64,000 bases of DNA from Verrucomicrobiaceae bacterium (GCA_051252135.1 JBPOGH010000003.1:64001-128000), one strand, 5' to 3'. Numbered from the stretch's first letter, positions 42,138-52,337 are shown. Notes: generated by a model from the sequence alone, not told the origin. A program made the numbers and translations.

Positions 42138-44738
42138 TTACTCTGAGTCCTTCGAGACACTCTCCAGGTGACGCTTCGCCCGCTCGGCCTGATCAATCAC
42201 CCGATCAACCGCCTTCGCACTCGGATCGCTCACGTAGTAATCCAACAGTTTTGCCGCCCACCCGTTGCGCATTCTCGCAAGGGCACCGATCACCTTAAGC
42301 TGCTCCCGCTCACCGGCCGAAACCCGCGCCACCTCTGTCCAAAGATTCTCGCGCTCACCATCCTTGATCGAATCATTTTCAATCAGGAAGGTCGTCAACG
42401 CATCAAAGGAATCTTTCCGCAGGGTGGGGTCATCCTGTTCCGCCGCGAAATCAAGGAGAGTCTGAAACATCGACGTATCAGGCCACTGCCGTAGCGCCGC
42501 CACAGCCGCCAGCTTCATCGCAATATCGGAAGACTTAAGCTGCTCGTTCACAATCGCTGCCGCCTCTTTCCCCCCCGCCGCACCCAACAAGCGCACCAGA
42601 GAAAATCGCGTCCCTTCATCCACCGCCGACTTGTAAGCCGCCACCACCGAACTCCCATATGCTTCCTTGTTGGAAGCCTTCGCAATGACCTCTCCCAGAG
42701 TCGCCACCGCCTGGGACTTCACCCCCTTGTCAGAGGCTCGCGTCACCACCCCAAGCAACTGCTTGAAATTATCAGCCGTCGCCATCTTTCCCGCAGCCAC
42801 CATCGCCTTCTTACCCAGCTGACTGTTGTCCGTTTGTATCGCGTATTCGACAAGCGGCGCCAGCCCGGCCTCACCTTTACGCAAGGCCAACACATCGAAC
42901 AAATTCCCGCGAACATCATCATTGAGTGAATCCTGGGTCGCATACTCGGCAACCTGCTCACTGATGTTCCCGTTGTCACTCTCGGTCGATTTCGCCAGCA
43001 CCACCAGATAAGTGGGCCGCACCCCCTTGTCCCGGGCACCCGGAGTGGAAATCTCGTTGAGAAGCAGGGACACATCGGACTTGCTCAAAGCAGTCTCCGG
43101 CAACTCGTCATCACCGGTCAAATTCTGATAGGGAGCCACAATTTCGTTCAGCCGCTTGGCGTCCCGTTTATCACCACTTTTCCCGATGAACACCACCAGC
43201 GCAATCACCAGCGCAACTCCCAAAAGGGAACCAATCAACGCCTTGGCGGTCGTGGAGAGCCCCTTTTGCGGCGCAGGCAGAGCGACCCCGCCGGGAGCCG
43301 TCGGCTCGATCGGACCACCGAGAGGGTCCGGTGAGGATGAGCTTCCATGAAGGGGAGCCGTCGCCGGAGGTGTCGCCCCCTGAAGCTGAACCGTCAACGG
43401 CTCGTGCTCGGCGGCCACCACCGGAGGCGCTGGCGCGGCCACCGGAATGGGCGCTACCGGAACCGCCGCCTGAACGGGCTGGGCTACCGGAATCGCTTGA
43501 GCCACGGGGACCTCCTCCGCCGGAGGTTCCACAGGGGCGGGAGGAGCCGCTGGAGCGGGCGTAACTCCCGGAATCATCAGCTTCGGCGCAGCCGGCTTCT
43601 GGGGTTCCTCCGCCGCTTCCTCGGCTTGCGGAGCTTCAGGTGCCGGTACCGCCATATGCGGTTGGGCCGCCGTTGCCTTGAGCTGCTGTGCCTGGGTATG
43701 AATCGATGGACGGGACCCTTCGGGCGGCACCAGAGGCTGTGGCGCGGTGTGGGTTGGCACCCCGGCAGTTGGAGCTTCTTCACTCGTCAAGTCCGGAGCA
43801 GGGCCACTCGGCTCCATCGGAGCGGGCGCGGCACCGGGAATCAATAATTTGGGTCGTTTTACTGCAGCCGGCTCCTCAGGGGCGGGCTGGTTTGGGGCCG
43901 GTTGATTGGGGTCTTCGCTCATAAGAAATTTCGTTAAAGATTCACGGGCATCGGCAGGACGATCGTCCATATTACGTTGAATATGCCACATCACCCAGTC
44001 GCAAAGCCATGCCGGAAGATCCGGACGGATTTCAGCAAGGGGAGTGACCGTATTTTGCAAGTGCGCGGCCATCACCTGGGGAGCCGTTTCCCCATCAAAA
44101 GGATAGGCCCCCGCCAGACAATAGTAATAGACACATCCCATGGAATACATGTCGGTCCGCTTATCCAGCGGCGTCCTCTCGAACTGCTCCGGCGCCATGA
44201 AATGAATCGAGCCAAACACCGCATCTCCATGATCGATCGTCTGCAGCGAGGGCTTCGGTGAAAATTTCGCCAGTCCAAAATCCACCAGCTTCACCTGAAA
44301 GCGCCCACTCGGCAGCCAGGTCACCATCACATTGGTCGGCTTGATGTCCCGGTGCACCAAATCCAGATCCTGCGCCGCAATCAGCGCCTCCTGCGACTGC
44401 AGCGCCACCTCACGAAAATCCGCAAAAGTCAGCGTCCCCCGCTCCACCATCTCATCAATCGTCCGGCCCGATAGCAGCTCCATCACCACATAAGGACCAT
44501 CGTCATCCACCCCGGCATCAAAAACCGTCACAATATGGGGATGCTGGACCGAACAAAGCGAGGTCGCTTCCTTGAGCATCGCCTTCGTCGCCTCATCCTG
44601 ATTCTCATACCCCCCGCCCGCGAGGACCCGCTTGATCGCAACCTCCCGGTTCAGATGATTGTCAAAAGCGCGATACACCGCTCCGACACCTCCCTGTCCG
44701 ATCTTTCCCCGAATCTCGTAGCGTTCGTCTGTTTCCAT
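42138..44738 (-). CDS. Ser/Thr protein kinase with Pro/Ala-rich linker, TM and C-terminal HEAT-like repeats
   Basis: GQGGVGAVY, VAIK, HRDIKPTN, DFG, APE, DMYSMG; TM 'LIGSLLGVALVIALVVFIG'; 'LAAVAALRQWPD'. Confidence 0.92.
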   Translation of the reverse strand: METDERYEIRGKIGQGGVGAVYRAFDNHLNREVAIKRVLAGGGYENQDEATKAMLKEATSLCSVQHPHIVTVFDAGVDDDGPYVVMELLSGRTIDEMVERGTLTFADFREVALQSQEALIAAQDLDLVHRDIKPTNVMVTWLPSGRFQVKLVDFGLAKFSPKPSLQTIDHGDAVFGSIHFMAPEQFERTPLDKRTDMYSMGCVYYYCLAGAYPFDGETAPQVMAAHLQNTVTPLAEIRPDLPAWLCDWVMWHIQRNMDDRPADARESLTKFLMSEDPNQPAPNQPAPEEPAAVKRPKLLIPGAAPAPMEPSGPAPDLTSEEAPTAGVPTHTAPQPLVPPEGSRPSIHTQAQQLKATAAQPHMAVPAPEAPQAEEAAEEPQKPAAPKLMIPGVTPAPAAPPAPVEPPAEEVPVAQAIPVAQPVQAAVPVAPIPVAAPAPPVVAAEHEPLTVQLQGATPPATAPLHGSSSSPDPLGGPIEPTAPGGVALPAPQKGLSTTAKALIGSLLGVALVIALVVFIGKSGDKRDAKRLNEIVAPYQNLTGDDELPETALSKSDVSLLLNEISTPGARDKGVRPTYLVVLAKSTESDNGNISEQVAEYATQDSLNDDVRGNLFDVLALRKGEAGLAPLVEYAIQTDNSQLGKKAMVAAGKMATADNFKQLLGVVTRASDKGVKSQAVATLGEVIAKASNKEAYGSSVVAAYKSAVDEGTRFSLVRLLGAAGGKEAAAIVNEQLKSSDIAMKLAAVAALRQWPDTSMFQTLLDFAAEQDDPTLRKDSFDALTTFLIENDSIKDGERENLWTEVARVSAGEREQLKVIGALARMRNGWAAKLLDYYVSDPSAKAVDRVIDQAERAKRHLESVSKDSE

Positions 44739-44809
44739 CCTTGAGTCCTGGCGGACATCATTGACATCACCGGCGGTGATTCAATGTCAAAAGCGCCTCA
44801 GAACCCCGC

Positions 44810-45889
44810 CTAGGAAGTTTCCTTGTTAAAGTAGACTTTAATGAACTGCATCTTCTTCTCCTCGTCGTAACCCTTTTCCAGAATCTCGTCCGGCTTGTCC
44901 ACCACCTTGGGCTTCAGCCGCAACTCAACTCCGGTGTCAAACTTCATCACCGATTTCATCAGCTTCCTCGCTTTTGATACATCCTTCTTGGAAATGTCGA
45001 AGCCCTCATCAATCGTCATCCCGCTATCCTCTTCCAGCTGCTTCCGCTGCTCCGCAAAACGCTCCCGCGCCGCATCCGTCCGCAGCGCCTTCTCCTCAAA
45101 TTCCTGCATGCTGAAGTGCTCCTTGTCATCAAAGTAGGACAGCGCCTCCTTCGCCGCATCGTTGATCTTCCACGGCGGCGAGGAATCTCCCTCCTCCCGT
45201 GCCGGCGTGCTTTCGGAAATCGCCGTCACCGCCATCTCCGCCACCTTCTTCGAAAGCAGCGCCGAATCCGGAATCGGAATCACACTTAGGAAATCACGCA
45301 CCCAGAAGCGCGACTCGGAACTCCCCCGGTCAAAGGTCAGCACATAAAATCCCTTCCGCTGAAAGTGATCAATAATGAGACAACCCTTATCAATCTTCTC
45401 CGGATTGATCCCATGCTCCGTATTCAGCTGAAGGTCTCCATCAAGCGCCGAAATACTCAAAAACGGCGTCACACTCTCCGACTTCAATAAACAAAGCCCC
45501 TGCACCACGTCCTCCCCCACCTGAATCCCCTCAATGCGCGAGATGCAAAGATCACCCGACTTGATGTTCGGATGGTTCGATTTCGAATGCAGCCGACCCG
45601 CCAACTCACACCCCTTCGCCAAAAGCGTCTCCGAATCCTCAAAGATCGTCTCCACACACCCGTTCACCTCGTGATTGGATAGCGAACTGTGATGGTGGAA
45701 TTTCTGCCCGATCAAACTAAAGCTCTTGAAAGGACGCAGAAAAATCGAGCACAGCGTCGCCTGATCATCCTCCTCGACATGAAAAAGCTGCTTGGAGGTC
45801 TGCAAGGGCTCGTTCCGGGACGGATTGCCCACTTTTGCCAACACCAGGCCGGCGATCGTCGCATTTTCAAAATCAAGTTTCAGGGTCAC
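44810..45889 (-). CDS. Nucleoid-associated protein, NdpA/YejK (37-kDa) family
   Basis: 'KVGN', 'SNHPNIKSGDL', 'GINPEKIDKGCLI', 'FWVRDFL'; probable GTG start at 45889. Confidence 0.8.
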   Translation of the reverse strand: MTLKLDFENATIAGLVLAKVGNPSRNEPLQTSKQLFHVEEDDQATLCSIFLRPFKSFSLIGQKFHHHSSLSNHEVNGCVETIFEDSETLLAKGCELAGRLHSKSNHPNIKSGDLCISRIEGIQVGEDVVQGLCLLKSESVTPFLSISALDGDLQLNTEHGINPEKIDKGCLIIDHFQRKGFYVLTFDRGSSESRFWVRDFLSVIPIPDSALLSKKVAEMAVTAISESTPAREEGDSSPPWKINDAAKEALSYFDDKEHFSMQEFEEKALRTDAARERFAEQRKQLEEDSGMTIDEGFDISKKDVSKARKLMKSVMKFDTGVELRLKPKVVDKPDEILEKGYDEEKKMQFIKVYFNKETS

Positions 45890-45946
45890 GGACCGAGACT
45901 TAGCCCTTTCCCTCTCCCTTGGAAAGACCCACTCCCACTTGGGAAT

Positions 45947-45980
45947 AAAAAATCCGGCCCCCCTCGCGGAGAACCGGATC
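45947..45980 (-). terminator. Rho-independent terminator
   Basis: Minus strand ATCCGGTTCTCC-GCGA-GGGGGCCGGAT followed by a T-tract, 20 bp after the upstream stop. Confidence 0.75.
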
Positions 45981-45999
45981 AAATCTCAACAAAATCGCC

Positions 46000-46917
46000 T
46001 TACGCGTCGATCTTCCGGTAAGCCGCAATCAGCGCATCCAGGCCTTCCTTGCCCTTCATGCTCGCCCCATGCTCCATCCCGATCACCCCCGTGTAGTTCT
46101 TCTCACGAAGAAACTTCGTCACCGCACCCATATCAAGACTCCCCGTGCCCGGCTCCTTGCGGCCCGGCGAATCTCCATACTGGATATACGCCACCTGATC
46201 CCAGACCGCCGCCGCATTCTCAACCAGCTTCGGACCATTCCCGATCTGCCCCTCGTGGAAGAAATCAGCGAGCAGCTTGCAGGACGGACGATCCACCAGC
46301 TTGCACAGCAAATGCCCGTCCGCAAAGGAACGCAAAAGAGGCTCCTTCCCCGCCATCGGGTGGGACAAAGGCTCATTCACCATGATCAAGCCGTGCTCCT
46401 CAATCAGGTCACAGCAAAACTTCATCCCGTCCACCGAAGCCTTGATCTGCTCCTCCCGGGTCATCGACTCGTCACGCACTCCGGGCAACATCGTCATCAC
46501 GGTCTGACCACTCCGCTTGGAAACCTCCACCCCCTTGAGCATATCCTTCTTCAGCTGCTCCTTGTTCTCCGCCGTCAGCTTGTTGAAAAGCATCCCGCGA
46601 CCAAACGAAATCACCGAAATCCCAATCTCCATCTCGGTGTCCTTCATGTATTCACCCACCTTTTCCTGCACGGCCGCCGGACGACCGTTAAATCCGTTAT
46701 CCTCCCAACCCCGGAATCCGTGGTCGTAGGCAAACTTCAGCTCATCAAGATAGTCCGCCTTCTTCCCGGGTCCTGTCGGAAGCAATCCCGGATGGGGACC
46801 GAACTTGGCTTTAAAAGGCTTGGCTGCCTCACCGCCATGGTGGTCTGCCAAAAGGGGACCACCGGCTAGCGCGGCGAGGGAAGCTCCGGTGATTTGCGAA
46901 AAGTGACGTCTGTTCAT
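46000..46917 (-). CDS. Tat-exported hydroxypyruvate isomerase-like TIM barrel protein
   Basis: 'MNRRHF', 'NEPL', 'KLLADFFH', 'GDSPGRKEPGTG', 'GMEHG'. Confidence 0.85.
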   Translation of the reverse strand: MNRRHFSQITGASLAALAGGPLLADHHGGEAAKPFKAKFGPHPGLLPTGPGKKADYLDELKFAYDHGFRGWEDNGFNGRPAAVQEKVGEYMKDTEMEIGISVISFGRGMLFNKLTAENKEQLKKDMLKGVEVSKRSGQTVMTMLPGVRDESMTREEQIKASVDGMKFCCDLIEEHGLIMVNEPLSHPMAGKEPLLRSFADGHLLCKLVDRPSCKLLADFFHEGQIGNGPKLVENAAAVWDQVAYIQYGDSPGRKEPGTGSLDMGAVTKFLREKNYTGVIGMEHGASMKGKEGLDALIAAYRKIDA

Positions 46918-46973
46918 AGGAAAGGATCACTATGAACGGACCACCGGAGATGGAAATTTCAAAAGTCGGAAAT

Positions 46974-48260
46974 TTAAATCGGCAAGGCCCACTTCTCGCG
47001 ATCCGGCTGATTGATCAGCGAGTTCGCCAGCGGGTTGTCAACAAACTGCATCGCCTTGGGATCAAACGTGAGATTTGAGTGAATCCGATGCGCAATCTTC
47101 CCGAGGTTAATCAACGTGCACGAGTTGAACCCGTTCGACTCGTTCAGCGCGAACTTCTTCTTCTCGCGAATCGCCTCGTGGAAGTCCGTCACCTGCGCCT
47201 CCGGCTCCGGCAGAGTCTTCACCTTCTCCGCAAAACCCTCCACATCAGACTGGAACCCTTTGAAAATCTTGCCCTCGGAGCCCTCGATGAAAGCCGCCCC
47301 CTTGTCCCGATTCTCCCCATCCAGCACAATCGTCGTCCCGTCTTCATACTTATAAGTGATCCTCCGCCAACTGCCCACCGCATCGCTGTCCTGCGGGTCG
47401 GCATCGATCTCAACCGACACCGGCAGCTCTTCATCCTTCCCTAAAATATACTGAACCGGATCAAGATAGTGCTGCCCCATATCACCCAATCCTCCCCCGT
47501 CATAATCCCAATAACCCCGAAACGTCCCGTGCGTCCGATGCACATGATACGGCCGGTAAGGCGCCGGCCCGAGCCAGAAGTCATAGTCCAGATGCTTCGG
47601 CACCATCTGTTGCGGCAGATCGGTCTTCCCCACCCAATTGAACTTCCAGTTAAAGCCCGTCTCCCCGCTCAAAGTCACCTTGTAAGGACCATCACCGATC
47701 AAACCACCAATGACCGCCTTCCTCACCTGACGCGCCGTCACCCCCGAGCCATAAAAATTATCCTTAAACCGAAACCACGTATTCAAACGAAACGCCACCC
47801 CCGCCTCCTCGATCGCCTTCTTCATCGCCAGGCCCTCCCCAATTGTCCGTGACATCGGCTTCTCACCCCACACCGCCTTCCCTGCCTTCGCCGCCGCTAT
47901 CGCCATGTGCGCATGCCAGTGCGGCGGCGTGCACGTGTGAATGATATCAATATCCTCCCGCGCAATCACCTCACGGAAATCGTGATACCCCTGCACATCA
48001 CCATTCCCACCCTTCCGAACCTGCTTCATCCGGTTCCCCAAACGCTTCGAATCCACATCACAAAGCGCCAGCAAGCGCCCCGGCATCCCCAAATGCGACT
48101 GGCTGATCCCACCACATCCCAAAATCCCTCGCGTCAGCTCCTCCGATGGCGGAGTCTGCCCGTTCAACCCCAGCACCCGGCTCGGAACAATTGAAATCGT
48201 CGCCAGCGAGGCAATCGAAGCGAGCGCTTTGCGGCGCGAAATGGTCGTAGGTGAATCCAT
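46974..48260 (-). CDS. Tat-exported Gfo/Idh/MocA oxidoreductase
   Basis: 'ISRRKAL', 'GILGCGG', 'TPPHWHA', 'GEKP', 'WLGPAP', 'YWDYDGG.LGDMGQHY.D'. Confidence 0.92.
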   Translation of the reverse strand: MDSPTTISRRKALASIASLATISIVPSRVLGLNGQTPPSEELTRGILGCGGISQSHLGMPGRLLALCDVDSKRLGNRMKQVRKGGNGDVQGYHDFREVIAREDIDIIHTCTPPHWHAHMAIAAAKAGKAVWGEKPMSRTIGEGLAMKKAIEEAGVAFRLNTWFRFKDNFYGSGVTARQVRKAVIGGLIGDGPYKVTLSGETGFNWKFNWVGKTDLPQQMVPKHLDYDFWLGPAPYRPYHVHRTHGTFRGYWDYDGGGLGDMGQHYLDPVQYILGKDEELPVSVEIDADPQDSDAVGSWRRITYKYEDGTTIVLDGENRDKGAAFIEGSEGKIFKGFQSDVEGFAEKVKTLPEPEAQVTDFHEAIREKKKFALNESNGFNSCTLINLGKIAHRIHSNLTFDPKAMQFVDNPLANSLINQPDREKWALPI

Positions 48261-48303
48261 CCCGCGACCATACGAAAATCCCACTCAAAGGAAATCGAAG
48301 AAT

Positions 48304-49227
48304 TTAGCGGATCGTTTTTCCCGCCACATCAAGTAACAGCGAATTCGAGACCGAATTCCCCAGCCGCTCAAACTGGTCAAAGGTCCACACCACCTTCTTT
48401 GTCTTCGGCTCAATCTCCACCAACAACGGATTCCCCGGCCCCGCATGACAGTTCCCGATCACATAATTCCCGTTCGGCAACACCTCCAGCGTCGTCACCC
48501 ACGCTAACCGAATCCCCGGCAAATCATCCTGATGCAGCGCCCACACCACTTCCTTCGCTGGAGTCACCTCGATCACGCTGTGACCATTCCCCGTCCCAAT
48601 CAACGTGTTCCCGTTCTTCAAACGCACCGCACTAAACAAGCGATTCCCGTACGCCTCCAGCCCATGTCCTCGCTTCGCCTCTTTCTCAAAAAGTGGCACC
48701 TCATACTCCCACACCACCGTTCCCTCCCCATCATACTCGCGCGCCTTCCCATCCGCCTCATGGCACACCAAATAATGACCGTTTTCCAGCTTCCGCACCA
48801 AGCGCGTATCCGTATGCGCATCCGGCCGATCAACCGTCAGTTTCACCTCTTTCAACAACTTCCCCGCACGATCAATCTCAATGATCCGCGCCGGCCCGCT
48901 CTCCGCAATCATAAACCGATCATCGGAAAGCGCCTGAAAAGAATGAAGCTCCATCCGCTTCCCCCCATTCCCGTTCGCCTCCCCCGCATCATAACTCCAG
49001 ACCACCTTCTTCGTCTCCCGATCAATCTCCACCAACCTCCGCATCTTCTCCTGCACCAAAATATTTCCCGATGGCAGCACCTGCACATCATGGATTCCCC
49101 CCCAAGCCATCTCCCACGTCGTCTCGCCATCCTCCATCACCACCAGCTTCCCATTCCCTTGTGTCAGAACTTCATGTGCGGAAAGCACCCCCACCAAAAA
49201 CAGCGTCACCGTGATCAATCTCAACAT
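48304..49227 (-). CDS. Exported beta-propeller repeat protein (PQQ-like repeats)
   Basis: Signal peptide; repeated 'L.NG.(I/Y)L....EID..K.VVW' blades. Confidence 0.75.
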   Translation of the reverse strand: MLRLITVTLFLVGVLSAHEVLTQGNGKLVVMEDGETTWEMAWGGIHDVQVLPSGNILVQEKMRRLVEIDRETKKVVWSYDAGEANGNGGKRMELHSFQALSDDRFMIAESGPARIIEIDRAGKLLKEVKLTVDRPDAHTDTRLVRKLENGHYLVCHEADGKAREYDGEGTVVWEYEVPLFEKEAKRGHGLEAYGNRLFSAVRLKNGNTLIGTGNGHSVIEVTPAKEVVWALHQDDLPGIRLAWVTTLEVLPNGNYVIGNCHAGPGNPLLVEIEPKTKKVVWTFDQFERLGNSVSNSLLLDVAGKTIR

Positions 49228-49318
49228 ATTAAAGAATCTTCCTTTCTCCCCTTTCCAAAGACGAGGCCAAAATCAATTTCCCCTTCCCTCTCACACCTCA
49301 ACCGCCATAGTGCCCGCC

Positions 49319-50371
49319 ATGAAACGTCTGCTCACTCTCGCACTCGTCGGCCTCTTCTCCCTCCCTGCCTCGGGTGAGGACCACATCCTCGCTTTCGATG
49401 GCAAAATCGGACCCGGCAAAGGCAAAAAAATCGTCCTCATCTCCGGCGACGAAGAATACCGCTCCGAGGAATCCATGCCCATGCTCGGCAAAATCCTTGC
49501 CCAAAAGCACGGCTTCGATTGCACCGTCCTCTTCTCCTGGAGCAAGGACGGCACCTACATCGACCCCAACAACGCCGGAGGCGTCAAAGGATGGGACCAC
49601 CTCGACTCCGCCGACCTCATCATCGTCGGCACCCGCATGCGCTCCCTCAACGGGACCGACCGCGCCCACATGACCAAGTACCTCAACGCCGGTAAGCCCG
49701 TCATCGGATACCGCACCGCCACCCACGCCTTCAAAGGAAAAGAAGCCTTCGGCACCATCTCCCAAAACGACTGGGGCCTCAAAATCCTCGGCGAAACATG
49801 GGTCAGCCACCACGGCAAACACAAAGGCGAAGGCGCACGCGCAGTCATCGAAAAAGGCCGGGAAAAACACCCCGTCCTCAACTCCGTAAGCTACATCTTC
49901 GCCCCCTCCGATGTCTACGGCGTCAAACACCTCACCGAGGCCGACACCATCCTCCTCCGCGGCCTCGTCACCGAAACCCTCGACCCCGACTCCATCCCCG
50001 TCGCAGGAGACAAGAACGACCCCGCCATGCCCCTCGCCTGGCTCCACCCCTACACCGCTCCCGACGGCAAAACCACCGGCACCAGCTTCTGCACCACCGC
50101 CGGCGCTTCCGTCGACTTCCTCAGCGAAGACCTCCGCCGCCTCGTCGTCAACGCCACCTACCACCTCCTCGACCTCAAAGTCCCCGAGACCGCAGACGTC
50201 GACTTCATCGACCCCTTCTACCCCAGCTTCTACGGATTCTGGAATGGCGAAAACGCCAAAATCTGGAAAGAGCGCAGCCTCACCGCCGCAGACTTCGGAT
50301 TGGGAAAAGTCACCGAGACCGTCGACCCCAAAGGCACCCCCGCATGGCCCTTCCGCCCGGAGCGCAAGTAA
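49319..50371 (+). CDS. Exported ThuA-like (class I glutamine amidotransferase-like) domain protein
   Basis: 'IVLISGDEEYRSEE..PML', 'GKPVIG.RTATHAF', 'GETWVSHHG', 'HPVL', 'P.AW'. ATG 49319. Confidence 0.8.
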   Translation: MKRLLTLALVGLFSLPASGEDHILAFDGKIGPGKGKKIVLISGDEEYRSEESMPMLGKILAQKHGFDCTVLFSWSKDGTYIDPNNAGGVKGWDHLDSADLIIVGTRMRSLNGTDRAHMTKYLNAGKPVIGYRTATHAFKGKEAFGTISQNDWGLKILGETWVSHHGKHKGEGARAVIEKGREKHPVLNSVSYIFAPSDVYGVKHLTEADTILLRGLVTETLDPDSIPVAGDKNDPAMPLAWLHPYTAPDGKTTGTSFCTTAGASVDFLSEDLRRLVVNATYHLLDLKVPETADVDFIDPFYPSFYGFWNGENAKIWKERSLTAADFGLGKVTETVDPKGTPAWPFRPERK

Positions 50372-51108
50372 TGGACTGGCACCGCTTTCTCGCCGACTGG
50401 CAGGACGCCGCAACCGCCCGGGGATTCCACACCGAATCCCTCCTCGATAAGGACGGCTACCCCATCTGGGCCTCCTCCAAAGGCGACCCCACAAAACCCA
50501 CCGTCTACCTCTCCTCCGGCGTCCACGGCGATGAACCCGCCGGCCCCCAAGCCCTCCTCGCCCTCCTCAGGGAAGACTTCTTCGACGACCGCTTCCACTG
50601 GCTCATCTGCCCCGCCCTCAACCCCACTGGACTTCAGCGGAACACCCGCGAAAACGCCCAGGGCATTGACCTCAACCGCGACTACCTCCTCTGCCAAACC
50701 CCCGAGGTCTGCGCCCACATCGCCTGGCTCAAATCCCAACCTGTCCCCCAACTCTTCCTCTCCCTTCACGAGGACTGGGAAAGCACCGGCTTCTACTACT
50801 ACGAGATCAACACCGGCACCCAAGGCCCCACCTACCGGGACATCCTCGCCGCCGCCGCCCCCCACTTCCCACCCGAACCCGAGCAGGAAATCGACGACCA
50901 CCCCGTCACCAAACCCGGCTGGATCTTCCACCCCGACTCACCCGACATCCCCGAGGGCTGGCCCGAGGCCATCTACCTCGCACGCCACGGCTGCCCCCTC
51001 TCCCTCACCTTCGAGACCCCCAGCAGCCGGGAACTCCCCATCCGCATCGCCTGCCACCAGTCCGTCATCCGCCGCACCCTCGACGTCACCGCAGCCGCTG
51101 CCCAATGA
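50371..51108 (+). CDS. M14 metallocarboxypeptidase / succinylglutamate desuccinylase-like protein
   Basis: 'GVHGDEPAG', 'NPTG...TREN..GIDLNRDY', 'LSLHED', 'TFETPS'. TAATG-coupled to the upstream gene. Confidence 0.85.
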   Translation: MDWHRFLADWQDAATARGFHTESLLDKDGYPIWASSKGDPTKPTVYLSSGVHGDEPAGPQALLALLREDFFDDRFHWLICPALNPTGLQRNTRENAQGIDLNRDYLLCQTPEVCAHIAWLKSQPVPQLFLSLHEDWESTGFYYYEINTGTQGPTYRDILAAAAPHFPPEPEQEIDDHPVTKPGWIFHPDSPDIPEGWPEAIYLARHGCPLSLTFETPSSRELPIRIACHQSVIRRTLDVTAAAAQ

Positions 51109-51110
51109 AA

Positions 51111-51141
51111 AAAACGGGACCGCCTATCACGGTCCCGTTTT
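51111..51141. terminator. Bidirectional Rho-independent terminator
   Basis: AAAACGGGACCG-CCTATCA-CGGTCCCGTTTT between convergent genes. Confidence 0.85.
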
Positions 51142-51165
51142 GAAAAATGCATCCGGAACTAACCC

Positions 51166-52158
51166 TTATCGGCGGCGGCCAACCAAGGCCATCAGCGAGA
51201 ACATCGCAAGGGTCACACTGCCGGGCTCCGGTACCGGAGTAAACGTGTTGAACGAAAAATCGTCCAACTGCCAATATTTGCCGTTCTGAACCCCGGGAGC
51301 AGAAGTCAGCCGCATGTCCGTTAGATTTGTCATCGTTTGATACATGTCGACATTGCTGAGAAGACTCACTTGAGTCCCCGTTCCCTTGCTGGAATACCCA
51401 TTCGTTGCAGGGATATATTGGCTGTATCCCCCATCGGTATACCCCACATCCACCTTTCCTGTGGCCAGATTCAATGTGATGTCCCAAGAGTGATAATAGG
51501 AAGTCGGCACGGCTACATTCGTATCCACCCACGACCCATTGATATTGTAGGCGTATGTCGGGGAAGAACTTCCGGAATCAAGATGGTAACCCACCGAAAC
51601 CCCCACATTACCACTTGAATCCATCAGCTCCACCGTATCGCCATAAAATCCTTCCGCTGGTAGTCCGTTGGAAAAGTCGGCCGGGCAACTCCAAAACGTC
51701 AGCTCAACAGTTTGACCCGCCGTATCAACCGGATTCACACCAAGATCCAGAGCATCAAACGAGTATTCATAAATCTGGGCACCCTCGTCCCATCCTGCAT
51801 TGTCAGTCACAATCACCAAGGCCTTCCGGGTGGCGTCATCCTGCCAGTTGAGATTGGCATCATACGCCGTAAGACGATCCCGGCCATGGTGACCCGATGC
51901 ATACATACTCGAAGAACCGGAGATCTTACGCCACAAGCCGGAACCATAGTTTCCTGACGAATAGTTCGTCAGGGTTCCACTTCCGACATTTGTTCCATAC
52001 TGGCCGGCATTGTAGCGCTCAACATGGTTCAACCATCTCTGATAACCATCTTCAGTTTCGAATCCGCCGAGATAGCCCCAACAGGACTGACTAATCACCA
52101 GGAATCCGACGATTCCAGACACAACGGGCATTGAATTACTTTGGGGAAGTTTCTTCAT
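51166..52158 (-). CDS. PEP-CTERM protein (Ser/Gly/Tyr-rich beta-type passenger)
   Basis: Signal peptide; C-terminus 'VPEPGSVTLAMFSLMALVGRRR'. Confidence 0.9.
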   Translation of the reverse strand: MKKLPQSNSMPVVSGIVGFLVISQSCWGYLGGFETEDGYQRWLNHVERYNAGQYGTNVGSGTLTNYSSGNYGSGLWRKISGSSSMYASGHHGRDRLTAYDANLNWQDDATRKALVIVTDNAGWDEGAQIYEYSFDALDLGVNPVDTAGQTVELTFWSCPADFSNGLPAEGFYGDTVELMDSSGNVGVSVGYHLDSGSSSPTYAYNINGSWVDTNVAVPTSYYHSWDITLNLATGKVDVGYTDGGYSQYIPATNGYSSKGTGTQVSLLSNVDMYQTMTNLTDMRLTSAPGVQNGKYWQLDDFSFNTFTPVPEPGSVTLAMFSLMALVGRRR

Positions 52159-52201
52159 CACAATTTGCTCATTTAGAGCGGGAAAAATGATACGGAGTTT
52201 G

Positions 52202-52221
52202 AGATATTTAACAAGTCTTAA
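52202..52221. promoter_or_regulatory. Candidate operator shared with the micro PEP-CTERM gene (copy 2)
   Basis: Reverse complement TTAAGACTTGTTAAATATCT; 17/20 identical to 35509-35528. Confidence 0.4.
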
Positions 52222-52337
52222 GTATTATAAATTACAGCTAATTGCACTTCCATTTATCCCGGATGCCACCCTCCCCATTCCAAAACCCACCCCGTTCTAT
52301 ACTTGCGAAAAGGCGAGCGCGGGAGGATTCTCGTCCC

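Noticed and set aside
43300..43920. Repetitive-looking GC-rich stretch
   Set aside because: Low-complexity Pro/Ala linker of the kinase, not a DNA repeat array.
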